DNA from: Octopus vulgaris
Taxonomy: Eukaryota
NCBI GenBank assembly: GCA_951406725.2
Contig: OX597841.1
Location: 12,524,001-12,588,000, forward strand
DNA: 64,000 nucleotides
Direction: 5' to 3'
The first letter of the stretch is position 1. Each line of letters begins with the position of its first letter. A program made the position numbers and the translations under genes. This document shows, in pieces, positions 1 to 15,543 of this stretch. The notes under the pieces were generated by a model. The model saw only the letters and a list, made by a program, of their open reading frames with translations, was not told the DNA's origin and did no database searches.

Positions 1-55
1 AGACAGCTATATACAACAGTGTACAGTGTGTTTTTATATATACAAAATATATACA

Positions 56-87
<32 letters not shown>

Positions 88-119
88 CATATACATATAT
101 ATATATATATGTATGTTTA

Positions 120-240
<121 letters not shown>

Positions 241-273
241 CTTTTTTCTGTGTTTTCTTGTTTGGATTAACTT

Positions 274-351
<78 letters not shown>

Positions 352-768
352 CACACAAATACACACATAAATATACACACAATTATACATACGTATGCAT
401 CACATGCGACAGTTCCTCTGCCGCAGTCTGACAAATCTTTGTGCACTGACCATAAAGATAGACACAAGTTTGTGTAGCTTGGGGCCCTTTCAGTAAGGGT
501 CACAGTAGGATCTCTTTTAGTACCTTCTGACCTCCTTATTTTGGGGTCCCTCTTCTTAGATATGACAACTTTCACATTCACCCCCCCCCCCACACATAAT
601 TACTATCTTTACTCCTTTCTCTCTTTCTTTTTCTTTTCGTTCATATTTCTTCGTCTGTCTCTCTGTCTGTCCCCCTCCCTCCCTCTATCAATCTATCTAT
701 CTCACTCTTCCCTCCTTCCCGCCCTCTTTCAACCACCTCCTCTTTCCATCTGTCTATCCGTTTGTCTG

Positions 769-2347
<1,579 letters not shown>

Positions 2348-2401
2348 TATCTATCTATCTATCCTTCTATCTATCTGTCTGTCTGTCTGTCTATCCGTTT
2401 G

Positions 2402-2453
<52 letters not shown>

Positions 2454-2454
2454 C

Positions 2455-2503
<49 letters not shown>

Positions 2504-2541
2504 CTTCTATCTATCTGTCTGTCTGTCTGTCTATCCGTTTG

Positions 2542-2578
<37 letters not shown>

Positions 2579-2979
2579 ATATATATATATATATATATAT
2601 ATCTAATTATTATTATTATATAGGGTCGCCGAGGTCGACTTTGCCTTTCATCCTTTCGGGGGTCGATAAATTAAGTACCAGTTGCGTTCTGGGGTCGATG
2701 TAACAACTAGTCCCCTCTCCTAGAATGTCAGGCCTTGTGCCTTCCCAAACACAACAAATTATTATTATCATTATTTAAATGAAATAAATTATATTATGTA
2801 AAAATTCTTATGGAAAAGTATAATAAATGTTATCGTAGTCTCTGGCAGACAAATGGCCCCACCCCCAACAGATACAGACACACACTATCGCGCGCGCACA
2901 CAGACAGACACACACATAAGTAGATATACACACACATACGTGTATGCACATATATGTACACACTCACATACACACACCT

Positions 2980-3010
<31 letters not shown>

Positions 3011-3045
3011 CATAAACAGATAAACACACACACACACACATATGT

Positions 3046-3120
3046 GGAGGCACATGGCCTAGTTGTTAGAGCAGCGGACTCGCGGTCGAGGGATCGCGGG
3101 TTCGAATCTCAGACCGAGCG
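3046..3120 (+). mobile_element. tRNA-derived SINE head (truncated; same family as 42025-42400)
   Basis: A-box TGGCCTAGTTG and B-box GGTTCGAATCT; matches the reverse complement of 42325-42400. Confidence 0.75.
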
Positions 3121-3159
3121 ATGTGTGTGATCATCATCATCATCGTCGTCTTCGTCGTC

Positions 3160-3285
3160 GTTTAACGTTCGCTTTCCATGCTGGCATGGGTTGGACGGTT
3201 TGACTGAGGTCTGGGAGACTGGGAATCTGCACCAGGCTCCACTCTGACCCGGCAAGATTTCTACAGCTGGATGCCCTTCATAACG
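3160..3285 (-). mobile_element. RTE LINE 3'-end fragment
   Basis: Matches 53940-54060 (CCATGCT(A/G)GCATGGGTTGGACGG) with (ATG)n-type tail. Confidence 0.7.
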
Positions 3286-3889
3286 CTTCTTTGATTTAAG
3301 GTTTTCTTCGGTTTTATAATAAGATGATTTCATACCGAAATTTGTTCATTGCATGCAACCGGTCGTTGTAAAGACCGTTAAATCAAAGGACCAACGAAAC
3401 AAAACCATTTTCAAATGTGTATCCATTAAACTAATCGTATATGTTTGCTTATCACCATATTTTTGTTCCATTCTAAACAAAACTTTCCGACGAACTGGAA
3501 CGTGAATCTCTGAGTAACAGTTTTTGTGATTTTTCTGCTGCTTTTTAATAAAGCAAATTACTCTACCTCTGGTAGTCGAGTACTATTTTTTTCCCACCTT
3601 GTTTCGCATTTATGTGCTTCCTCTGGTACACACACACACACATATATATATACTCACATACACAACACACAGACAGACAGACACACACACACGCATACAC
3701 GCACACAGACACACACACACACACACATTCACACAAGCATGTGCGCACATCTTTTGTTTGCATGTGTGTGTGCGCGTATTTCTGTACACGAAAAAGTTAG
3801 TTGTTAAAGGGAAATAACTAAAAAGAAAATTTTCAGAGTTACTTCCCTTGCTCTTATTAATATCGCTTAGCAAAAGAAAGCTATTGGTT

Positions 3890-4135
3890 AGTGTGGCCGA
3901 ATCGTTAGTAGGCCGGGCGAAATGCTTAGCGGTATTTCGTCTGCTGTTACGTTCTGAGTTCAAATTCTGCCGAGGTCGACTTTGCTTTTCATCCTTTCGG
4001 GGTCGATAAATTAAGTACCAGTTGCGAACTGGTGTCGATATAATCGACTTAATCCGTTTGTCTGTCGACTTAATCCGTTTGTCTGTCGATTTAATCCGTT
4101 TGTCTGTCCCTTGTTTGACCCTTGTTTGTCCCTCC
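3890..4135 (+). mobile_element. tRNA-derived SINE with Meta-domain-like core; further copies at ~2622-2745, 15780-16005(-), 16530-16716, 17068-17270, 17365-17580, 29609-29836, 35880-36030(-)
   Basis: Recurrent GAGTTCAAATTC B-box followed by GTCGACTTTGCCTTTCATCCTTTCGGGGTCGATAAATTAAGTACC in all copies. Confidence 0.85.
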
Positions 4136-4911
4136 CCGTGAAACGGCCTTCGTAATGACTTATAGCGTAGATGGCAGAGTGAGGGTGTGGCGTAGGAGGG
4201 GGTGAATGCTACAAAGACACATGTGTTATGGAGAGAGACACGTGGAGTGACCAAAGCATCATGGTTTGGGGTGCTATAGGCCTGAATCAGAGAATTGGTC
4301 CGCGTATGTTCCAAAATGCTGGTGCAAGCAGAGGAAATGGCATTACAACGCAGCTCTACGTTGACCAGATCCTAGGACCTCACATCGTGCCCTTCTTCGA
4401 GCGTTACCATAGCTACGTGTTCCGGCGACACAATGCTGCCTCCTACAAGGCCAGGGTCTCCATGGACTTCCTGCTGCATCAACACATCAGAACTATGCTG
4501 TGGCCGGCTCTCAGCCTGGATTTGAACCCAATTGAAGAGCTGTGAGATGAAATCCAGAGACGGCTGAACCAGGTGGTCCCAAGGCCGACAACTCGTGTGG
4601 AATTGGAAGCAGCTTTCTTCAGAATGCCAATAGCTTTTGTGAACCTCCACATGCACTCCATGTTCCGGCGGTGTATGGCTCTTTTGAACACTCAGGGAGG
4701 GCATACACGGTAATTGAACGTCACGTCCTACAATCTCGAGGTGCTGGATCTGCCCACTACCAGAACACATGACAATGACCCATAGGCTGTGGTCAAAGTG
4801 CATCCAAGAAATTGACCTTATAAGATTTATCAGAATTTATCTCTGACATTATGAAATTAAAACATATTTCACAGTCACACGCGTCTCGCGTTTCTTTTGC
4901 GGTTCAGTGTA
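4136..4911 (+). mobile_element. Degenerate Tc1-family transposon, 3' part
   Basis: ORF 4228-4545: SIMVWGAIG...HNAASY...WPALSLDLNPIEEL (DDE catalytic region); ends in TIR-like TTTTGCGGTTCAGTGTA. Confidence 0.85.
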
Positions 4912-5574
4912 TTGTTAGCAGACGGAAGGAACCCTATTACCTTTAGCAGATTACAGGATCGCGACACTGATTCAGTTTCAAGCTTTTTGGCCCATCCTCA
5001 GTCGCAACGACCTGCACGCCAGAGCGATAGCCAGAGACCGCTAACAATATATCATAAACAAAGTGACCATTGGTCACTGGTTTGTAACAAGTAAAATAAA
5101 GCTAGTTGTAAAATCAGGAGAAGAAATAGAGTAGTAAAGTAGTACAGCCAGTCGCCACATCAAACTGGTACTACACGTTTAACCCCAGGCAGATTCTCCG
5201 CTAGCTGGTTATCGGTGCAACTAGCTTTTTTATTTATTTTTTTGCATGTTGCAAATCAACTTTCTTAATCCCGTCTCAAATACAATTGTATGGACACATC
5301 CTTCGCATGAAGAATGATCGAAGAGGAAAACGAAACTTCCATAGTTAGCTTCAAAATTTCCCGACGAAATCTCGGCCGACCACTTCTATGGTATAAGGAG
5401 AAATCCAAGGATAATTTGAAACGCCTGAGTATTAGGAAAGAAAGCTTTAGGAATCTTACGAGAAACCGTGTAAACCGGCGAAGAGAATGTTTTTTTCCAG
5501 CTTCAAAATTACGAAACTCAAAGGATACTTCATTAAAAGCAGTCACGGGAAAACAGGAGGAGAAAAAAATCCCT

Positions 5575-5850
5575 AAAACGACAATCTTCGCACAAACCAC
5601 CATTGTTCACATTGTGATTATTCTCAGCTAAATCACAACGTGCTGGTTGAATAAGACACGTTCATTTCCGTATTGTTTTTGGTGGTCTTAAGGACCGACA
5701 TGAAGAGGGAATGAATGTTCTGTTAGCAGTGGAGAGTAGTAGTAGTAGTAAGAGTGGGGTGATTGTATGTCTGTGTGTCGCTATTGTTCTCTGGTGGGAA
5801 CATCTTTTTTTCTCTTTCTGCTGTTATTACGTATACATATACACACATAT
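5575..5850. repeat. Unclassified dispersed repeat; diverged inverted copy at ~9130-9400
   Basis: Shared translated segments KTTI.AQT.IV.IVI and MNVLLAV..S on opposite strands. Confidence 0.6.
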
Positions 5851-6222
5851 TCAAACAAAATATTTCTCCAAGCGTTCACTATTTTCCTCTCGTTCTCTTC
5901 TGACGACCATGTTCTTTTCGTTCGGTTTCCTTCTATGTCTTCACTGTCCTGTTTTTGTCCAAAATTAACAGCCTCCGTAAATCCTAAATTTTATTTTAGA
6001 ATTTATGGGAGCAACTATCTTTGTTTACTCATATTGTCCATGAATGCTCGAAATGAGGAGTAGCTAGACAGCCGACAACTGATGAAGGGTCCTTTCTCTG
6101 TGTTTATTTGTCTTGTTTTTACGTATCTCATGTTGCTTGGACAGCTGGTGACGTCCTGTAGCCACATACACACACACACACATATATATTATGTATGTAT
6201 TTATATGTATATATATATGTGC

Positions 6223-6262
<40 letters not shown>

Positions 6263-6294
6263 GGTATATGTATATATGTATGTATATATATATA

Positions 6295-6325
<31 letters not shown>

Positions 6326-6395
6326 ATGTATGTATGTATGTATGTATGTATGTATGTATGTATGTATGTATCTATCTATCTATCTATCTAGCTAT

Positions 6396-6441
<46 letters not shown>

Positions 6442-6699
6442 CCAGAAAATAGAGAAAACTTTTGATCAGCAAACAAACGAATTGAACCGTTTCTGAAGAT
6501 CATTTTTTAATACAAAACATGACATAACATTTTTGTGACATAACAATTCTTACGGCCGTTTCCGCTTCCATTGCCAGTCGGTGCTTACGAAAGAATTATG
6601 AAAATAATATTCGTCATCTCCATAGGACATTCGATCTAGTACATGGAGCTTAATCAGAGTGAATACAAATGCGTAAAATGAAATAAGTGAAAGGAAGAG

Positions 6700-8390
6700 G
6701 GAACAGGAAAGAACATGCCTCTTCTCAAGGCCATCCTGTTTCACTTGCCTCAACAGGTCTTTGCAAGCAGAGTTTAGTGTCCAATGGAGGAAAGGTACGC
6801 ATAAGTGGAATGGTTACACCCCTGGCATAGGCCACAAGGTTATGGTCTCACTTGCGCTTGCCGAATCTTCTGAAGCACAGCATATTTCCAAAGGTCTTGG
6901 TCACTAGTCATTGCCTCAGTGAGGCTTAATTTTCGAAGGTCGTGCTTCACCACCTCGTCCCAGGTTTTCCTGGATCTACCTCTTCCACAGGTTCCCTCAA
7001 CCGCTAGGGTGTGGCACTTTTTCACACAACTATCTTCATCCATTCTCGCCACATGACCATACCAGCGCAAACGTCTCTCTTGCACACCACAGCTGATGCT
7101 TCTTAGGTCCAACTTTTCTCTCAAGGTACTTACACTCTGTCGAATATGAACACTGACATTACACATCCATCGGATCATACTTGCTTCAACCATGCGAGCT
7201 TACGCATGTGCTCAGCAGTCACGGTCCATGTTTCACTACCATGTAGCATGGCTGTTCGTACACATGCGTCATACAGTCTACTTTTTACTCTGAGTGAGAG
7301 GCCTTTTGTTATCAGTAGAGGTAAGAGCTCTCTGAACTTTGCCCAAGCTATTCTTACTCTAGCAACTACACTTTCAGCGCACTCTCTCCCACTACTGACT
7401 TGGTCACCTAGGTAGCGGAAGCTATCAACTACTTCAGCATAGAGGAGCTCTCAGGGGCATCCTGTCTTCAGCTCCTCTGTTATTGCCTGGAGGACTATGA
7501 TAAATAGGAGGGGTCTGAGGACTGAACCTTGGTGGACCCCTGCTTCTACCCGGAATTCTTCACTGTACTCATTGCCAGCCCCCACCTTACTGACAGCGTC
7601 TCACGAACCCAAACTGCATTTCATCTAAACTGACTCTCTCCCTAATCAGTTGGGCTATGACCCTCTCCGTGACCTTCATTACCTGATCCAACAGCTTGAT
7701 ACCTCTGTAATTATTTGTATCTAAAGCGTCACCTTTACCTTTGTAGCAGTTGACTATTATGCTACTACACCAGTCATTGGGTATGACTCCTTTGTGTATC
7801 ACCTGGTTAACTATACGGGTGACTAGGCTATAGCCGACACTGCCAGATATTTTGAGCATCTCTGTAGTGATTCCTGATGGGCCTGGGGCTTTCCCTGTCT
7901 TCATACTCTTAATTGCTTTATTTACCATGGAACTATCAACTCGGATAGCTTGTCCCTCTGTTGGCTCGACATTTGGCAGACTCTCATTCTCCCATTCAAT
8001 TTCTTTATTGAGCAACCTTTCATAGTGGCAGCTCCAAACCTCTCTCTTTGCATCCTCATTTAGCGCAAGTGAACCATCATCCATGCGAACACACTTCTCT
8101 CCCACCACATCACAATTCTCTCTCACACACTGTCTTGCAACACGAAATACCTCAAGTCTTTGGTCCTCACGGCGCAGAACATTGGCAAATTTTTTCTTAT
8201 CTGCTTCCCCTCTGGCTAAATAAACCTGTCTCCTAGCTCCCCTTCTTGCAGTCTGATACAATTCTCTGCTACTACCGTTCTTCCAGTCCTTCCAAGCCTG
8301 TCTCTTTTCTCTAATAGCCCTGTCAACAACATGGTTCCACCACCACGTTATTTTGGGTCGAGAGGGGACTTCACACTATCCACAAATCAG
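6700..8390 (-). mobile_element. Degenerate, internally deleted RTE-clade LINE (same family as 53905-57815)
   Basis: ORFs 7587-8261 (KAPGPSGI...KGKGDALDTNNYRGIKLL...QFGF) and 6840-7193 (RRLRWYGHVARM...GRGRSRKTW). Confidence 0.9.
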
Positions 8391-8431
8391 TTGTCTTCTA
8401 CATCGTGTGAAGCTATATCCCACGATGTAGA

Positions 8432-8470
<39 letters not shown>

Positions 8471-8503
8471 CATATAAATACATACTATATATATATATAT
8501 ATA

Positions 8504-8555
<52 letters not shown>

Positions 8556-9048
8556 AATATATACATACACGCATACATATATATATAAACATACATACAT
8601 ACACACATACATACATACATACATACATACATACACACATACATACATACACACATACATACACATACATACACATACATACATACACACATACACACAT
8701 ACATACATACATACATACATACATACATACATACATACATACATACATACATACATACATACATACATACATACATACATACATACATACATACACACAC
8801 ATACATACATACTTACATGCATACATACATACATACATACACACATACTTACATGCATACATACATAATACATACATACATACTTACATACTTACATACA
8901 TACATACATACACACATACTTACATGCATACATACATAATACATACATACATACTTACATGCATACATACATACACACACACATACATACATGCATACTT
9001 ATATGCATACATATATACATACATATATACATACATACATACATATAT

Positions 9049-9081
<33 letters not shown>

Positions 9082-9837
9082 TACATACATGCATACTTAT
9101 ATGCATACATATATACATACATACACATATGTATACGTAATAACAGCAGAAAGAGAAAAAGTAAACAACACGGCCGATCCCACCAGCGAACAATAGCGAC
9201 ACATAGACAGACAACCACCACCATACCCACACCACCCTTACCACTATTCACCACTGCTAACAGTACATTCATTCACTGTTGACGTGAGACTTCTCTTTGG
9301 ACATGACCATGTCTTATTCAACCAGGGACTGAACCAGATGAGAGAAATCACAATGGGAACAATGGCGGTTTGTGCGGCGATTGTCGTTTTAATTGGTTTT
9401 TTTTTCAACTTGAAATGAAGTGTTTCGCTCAAGAACACTTTAAAAAAGGGAATAAAGAAAGTAATTATCAGAGGAGAGTAGAATTAAGTTTAGCCTTAAA
9501 TAGGAAATGATAAGAAAAGCTCAGCCTTATAGAAATAGCAGATATGGGTGTGAGCTTTGGCTCAATGGAAACAGGAAAATGTTTAAGCATAAAGATGAGA
9601 GCCACCTGATTAATAATAGATTAGACATAAGGGTGTCATGCGTACAAAGTGTCACCCGTAGTTTTAATATTTGCGATTGAACTGGTTTAGATGGAAACTT
9701 ACTTTCAATATTTTTAGTTTTGGAAATTAAATTACATTCTTTTACTCTTTTACTCTTGTACTTGTTTCAGTCATTTGACTGCGGTCTTGCTGGAGCACCG
9801 CCATTAGTCGAGCAAATCGACCCCCAGGACTTATTAA

Positions 9838-11100
9838 TACTAGCAGAGATACTCGGCATTGCTCGGGATTAAAATGGCATAGTTTGTATATAATATATTA
9901 CAGTTATGTTGAAACAGGTGATTTGGGAAAGTGCAGCGTTGACAACAAAACATTTGTGGAGTAAATGCTGGACTAATTCGACTAAGCAACATGCTATGCG
10001 CCCGTTTGAAGTATTTCAGGCCCTAACTTGTCATGGAAAATTGGAGGTGGGGGTTATGTGGTTTTTGAACGCACCGAAAAGCTGTCAGTGGATATACTCT
10101 CTTTTACAGCAGTTGGCGCTGTGTCTAACACAACTCATCATCTGAAATGTTGACACCTCCTTTGGGTTTGTTGTTCTACATCACACATAAAGTAAATTTG
10201 GAGGAAATATGGTTGTTCATTTGCGGGTAACAGGGAACCAATGAAGTGATAGACTTGCCTTTGAACTTTGACGTCGGCGTAAATCCATGTTTATCTATCT
10301 TCTTAGATGCACCAAACGATGTCATTTGAAATGCAGAGTTGTATTGTCTGATGTTGCTCAGAAAATCCTTTGACTGGATGGAAATGCCTTCTAGAAGATT
10401 CATAAGAGGTTGAGAAGGAGCTGGTAGTGCTGGCAATGTTACCTGAGTGCCTGAGCAGCACATACCACTTGTTTCAGTTGAAAACTTTAAAGCTCTACAG
10501 AAATGACAATTTGTGTTTAGCACACCAATTTGGACAGAGTTATCGTTTTTATAAAATGGGATGGATCATCTGAAAACAGCTTCAGGAGTTTTGAAGAATC
10601 AATTTGTACGTAGTCTGTTTCTGAGAGCTATTCGACTGGACCTCTGTCTAATCATTAAAACATTGATTTAATGGTCCAGCATTATTTGCTGCAACATGCA
10701 TTTGTTGATCTTGTGAAAATCTCATCTCTCTTCAGACTCTTGCCTTCGGTTTTCTACAATCCTCCTTGCTTTATACTTGTTTCTGGAGAGATTACATCTT
10801 TTCTGTGTTTCTCCCGCTCATTTCGCAAAAATGTATTTGAAGAGAGCAGAAATTGAAAGAAGAGAAAGCGAAAAGAACAGAGGAAAAAAGGTGAAAGATG
10901 TCTGTACGTCTATATGAAATGGACGTGTGTGCGTGCGTGCGCGTATGTGTGTGAGAAGGAAAGAGAGAGAGAGAGAGAGTGAGTGAAGGTGTGTGTCGTG
11001 ATGATTGACGCCTTTTAAGGTACACACACACATATAGAAAATGTGACGTCATCGTGTAACGTTTACGAGAGTTGATTTATGGAAAAGAATATAATGTTAA
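9838..11100 (-). mobile_element. Helitron/Helentron remnant (N-terminal RepHel region)
   Basis: ORF 10176-10523 CHFCRALKFSTETSGMCCSGTQVTLP...FLSNIRQYNSAFQMTSFGA is the characteristic Helitron N-terminal motif; terminus-like ACTAGCAGAGATACTCGGCATTGCTCGGG at ~9838. Confidence 0.8.
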
Positions 11101-11218
11101 ATTTTTGAAATGCAAATATGTGAATGGAAATTAAGTTTAATTTGTAACCGAAATGGTACTGAATCTTTTGATACACCATACGTTAAAATTTGTAACTCGG
11201 TTTTGGAATGCATAAGGA

Positions 11219-11247
<29 letters not shown>

Positions 11248-11249
<2 letters not shown>

Positions 11250-11413
11250 CAATATGTTACATTACTCGGTAGTCAAGATAAAACTCTGAGTTTCAGATGC
11301 CGAAAACGTTTTCAAATAGCCAGATAACCGAAGAGATGGTGTTGTGGATTTCCACTTCGGCATCTGAAACTCAGAGTTTTATCTTGACTACCGAGTAATG
11401 TAACATATTGTAT
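11248..11413. repeat. Perfect ~57-bp inverted repeat (11248-11304 / 11356-11413), Penelope-like inverted terminus
   Basis: TACAATATGTTACATTACTCGGTAGTCAAGATAAAACTCTGAGTTTCAGATGCCGAA and its exact reverse complement. Confidence 0.85.
11322..11384 (+). ncRNA. Degenerate type I hammerhead ribozyme motif
   Basis: AGATAA-CCGAAGA-GATG..CATC-T-GAAA-CTCAGAG-TT-TTATCT: stems I, II and III pair, but core has CCGAAGA instead of CUGANGA and an extra U before GAAA. Confidence 0.5.
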
Positions 11414-11480
11414 AGATAAATTTCCTCTATTTACATAATATTGAGGTCTCTTTCTTTCTTTTGTTATCTTACCGTTTTAT

Positions 11481-11563
<83 letters not shown>

Positions 11564-12558
11564 ACAGACCTCTTTCAAACTAAAAGTATTATTTCACGTT
11601 ACAATAGAGACGTAATTCTGAAATAGTGTAAGATATAAGAGATTGCTCTGCGCTCGCATTCGGCAAGAAGTTGGAAAACGTTTTGGCCCATGACACTGCA
11701 TGGACCTTGGCTTTTGTATTTGACGATTTTATGTATATATGTATGTATGAGGCAATGAGGGAGACCTCTACATGCTAGCTAGACCTGGTAGAAATAGCAG
11801 CCAAATCCCCTTCAAAAAAACCCTACTGTCTTAATCCAGCAATTCTGCCTACTATGTAGTTCGGATGAGAAACTATAACTAAAGATTAAGATTATTAACT
11901 CCAAAATTTTACACGTTTTAATAGCAATCAATTTTTCTCTCTTTTTTTGCGTAGCTTTTCATGTCAGCTGTAAAAGTGAAGAGGGTTAACTTGGGCGGTG
12001 TTAAGCAGTGGAGATGTTTGGTGATTCTATGGGGGGGGGTTACTTTTGATGGTTTCTTCTCAATAAGGATAATTGTTTGTTAACGAATCTTAACACAACA
12101 TGTATACAACTTCAAGTGGACTTGGACGTCATAAGAGAGACAGCATAGCGACGGTTTTAGCTAACTGTCATCCTGTACTCCCCTTGTTGCTAGCGAAATG
12201 GTATGTGCCGGCTGTGTGAGCAACTGGTTGGTTTTAATGGCGGAACAAACAGGACAAAAAGATTTTCAAAAATAGCGATTCTCACTTTGAAACCGACAAT
12301 TTTGAAAATCTTTTTAGATTACGGAACACTCCTCTCTCTCACATGTATCCATGTTTAAAATTTCAGCGCGATCGGATGAACAATACTCGACTTATAAGTG
12401 CACAGACAGACAGACAGACATTGGCACCCTATCAGAACGACTCTGACGCATTCCAACGCATGACCTTCACTAAATGTAATGGTAGCTCTGCTAATATACA
12501 AATAATTAGCTTTTAGATTCTGTTTTTCCCGTTTGCTCTTACATCTATCTATCTATCC

Positions 12559-12630
<72 letters not shown>

Positions 12631-12716
12631 GTCTGTCTGTCTGTATGTCTGTCTGTCTGTCTGTCTGTGTGTCTGTCTATCTATCTATCTATCTATTTAT
12701 CTAAACACATACAGAC

Positions 12717-12764
<48 letters not shown>

Positions 12765-13078
12765 GTATATTATATATATATTTACGTATGAATATACATA
12801 CATACATACATACGTACAACATACATGCATACATACACATGACATACATACATATACACTAGACTGGAAGGAGATACAATACACACACAGACACATACAC
12901 ATTAAATATGTTATACGCACACACACATATGTATCGCTGTACACACAGATGGATACAAGTAGGTTCGTTTGTATACGTGTCCTTATTTGTGTTCCAATGG
13001 TTTTTCTCCTTTTACTTTAAAGCCGGAACCGAGCAAACCGACAAACGCACACACACACATACATATATATGTATATGA

Positions 13079-13123
<45 letters not shown>

Positions 13124-13204
13124 CCTGACGTTCACTGTTATAATTAGTGTCAAGGGCTTATCCTAACAGATTCTGTTCAAATTTCAAACTAAACACACAC
13201 ACGT

Positions 13205-13248
<44 letters not shown>

Positions 13249-13257
13249 GCACACACG

Positions 13258-13337
<80 letters not shown>

Positions 13338-13363
13338 GTTAACGCCCACTTTTCCCTCCTCTT

Positions 13364-13480
13364 TATAAATAGGGCTGGAGAGGCAACGGTTTTCACATTT
13401 CTGCAGCCCTTTGAACGAACTCATCTCTTTGACGAAGACTTCAGGCTGAAATTCAAACCCAATCATTGACTTTGGTAAGT
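13364..13480 (+). promoter_or_regulatory. Candidate TATA promoter, ~80-nt non-coding first exon and splice donor for the 1853-aa gene
   Basis: TATAAATA at 13364-13371, Inr-like TCACATTT ~30 nt downstream, donor G|GTAAGT at 13475-13480, all in non-repeat sequence. Confidence 0.45.
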
Positions 13481-13805
13481 CTTTTTCTTTTTCTTTTTCT
13501 TTTTTTGTTTGTTTGCTAATTATCTTAATTAACAATTTAGTAATTCATTTACTTCGTTAAATATTCATCAGATCTGTTTCAAACATAGATCTACTGTTAT
13601 ATTGAAAATTCCTTTGTTTTCATGCAGTATCTTTTAGACTAGAAGCTGTTTAAACCTTGCCAGGATTTGAACCCAGAACAGAGCCTGAATAAATACCATA
13701 CAACATAACTGCAGTATTATTGTTTTAGTCTGGTAGATATTTTAACTGAATGTATTTGTCGAACTGCTAGGTTAGCAAATATACCAAATATTTTGGCGAA
13801 ACATC

Positions 13806-13852
<47 letters not shown>

Positions 13853-13871
13853 ATATATATATATATATATA

Positions 13872-14290
13872 GGCGCAGGAGTGGCTGTGTGGTAAGTAGC
13901 TTGCTTACCAACCACATGGTTCCGGGTTCAGTCCCACTGCGTGGCATCTTGGGCAAGTGTCTTCTACTATAGCCTCGGGACGACAAAAGCCTTGTGAGTG
14001 GATTTGGTAGACGGAAACTGAAAGAAGCCCGTCGTATATATGTATATATATATATATGCTTGTGTGTGTTTGTGTGTCTGTGTTTGTCCCCCTAGCATTG
14101 CTTGACAACCGATGCTGGTGTGTTTACGTCCCCGTCACTTAGCGGTTCGGCAAAAGAAACCGATAGAATAAGTACTGGGCTTACAAAGAATAAGTCCCGG
14201 GGTCGAGTTGCTCGATTAAAAGGCGGTGCTCCAGCATGGCCGCAGTCAAATGACTGAAACAAGTAAAAGAGTAAAAGAGTAAAGAGTAAA
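13872..14290 (+). mobile_element. tRNA-derived CORE-type SINE with internal microsatellite; copies at ~9735-9835, 14460-14790(-), 16105-16235, 27185-27350, 27370-27780(-), 27850-28040(-), 28620-28880(-), 29268-29587
   Basis: A-box TGGCTGTGTGG, B-box GGTTCAGTCCC, CORE-like CTTGGGCAAGTGTCTT, (GAGTAAAA)n tail. Confidence 0.85.
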
Positions 14291-14293
14291 GAG

Positions 14294-14332
<39 letters not shown>

Positions 14333-14385
14333 ACACATATATATATATGTGTATATATGTATGTATATATATATGTGTATATATT

Positions 14386-14442
<57 letters not shown>

Positions 14443-14665
14443 ATATATGTATTCTTTTATTATTTTACTTGTTTCAGTCATTTGACTGCAGCCATGCTGG
14501 AGCACCGCTTTTAGTTGAGCAAGTCAACCCTAGGACTTATTCTTTGTAAACCTAGTACTTATTTTACCGGTTCCTTTTGCTGAAGCGCTAGGTTATGGGG
14601 ACGTAAGCATACCAGCATCGGTTGTAAAGCGATGCTTGTGGGACAAACAGACACACAAACACCTC

Positions 14666-14728
<63 letters not shown>

Positions 14729-14836
14729 GGCTTCTTTCAGTTTCTGCTTACCAAATCCACTGACAAGGCTTTGGTCGGCCCAAGGCTATAATATAAATAA
14801 ATGTCCAAGTCTACTCCTACTTCTTGACGTCAATTG

Positions 14837-14874
<38 letters not shown>

Positions 14875-15014
14875 CGCGTATATATATATATATGTAAAAA
14901 ATACAAACTGGGACAAGAACGCAAAATATTTAGAAGACGATACAAAAAACACAGATGGGACATTCGAAGCCTTCAATCTTTCAGTCAAGAACCGGATCAT
15001 CCTCGCAATTTCGG

Positions 15015-15237
<223 letters not shown>

Positions 15238-15308
15238 ATATATGTAAATACTAAAATTTCTAAGTCTCTCTAAAGGAGACTACGGTAGCGGTACAGGATA
15301 TTAATAAT

Positions 15309-15497
15309 TATCGCCAAGCTAACATGGCGGTCCAGGAAAATAGGGCGAATGGTGCCGTTGATTAGCTCCGAGAGGCCATCGCCTCTACCTGGCTATGTGA
15401 CACACACACCTGAAGCAGCTAGCTAGAAGCGATGGCCTCTTGGAGCTAATCAACAACACCATTCGTCCTATTTTCTTCGACCACCATGTTAGCTTCG

Positions 15498-15502
<5 letters not shown>
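15309..15502. mobile_element. Hairpin MITE-like element with ~80-bp imperfect inverted arms
   Basis: TATCGCCAAGCTAACATGGCGGTC...GGCCATCGCCTCTA vs TAGAAGCGATGGCC...GACCACCATGTTAGCTTCGCGATA. Confidence 0.7.

Positions 15503-15539
<37 letters not shown>

Positions 15540-15543
<4 letters not shown>

Noticed and set aside
3046-3120. tRNA-like sequence (also 13872-13945 and 42325-42400)
   Set aside because: No proper acceptor stem or terminator; continues into SINE bodies present in multiple copies
6040-6095. GAAA followed by CTGATGA, a possible type II hammerhead
   Set aside because: Could not form convincing stems I or II
6440-6753. Possible DNA-transposase C-terminal remnant
   Set aside because: Too short and degenerate to assign from sequence alone
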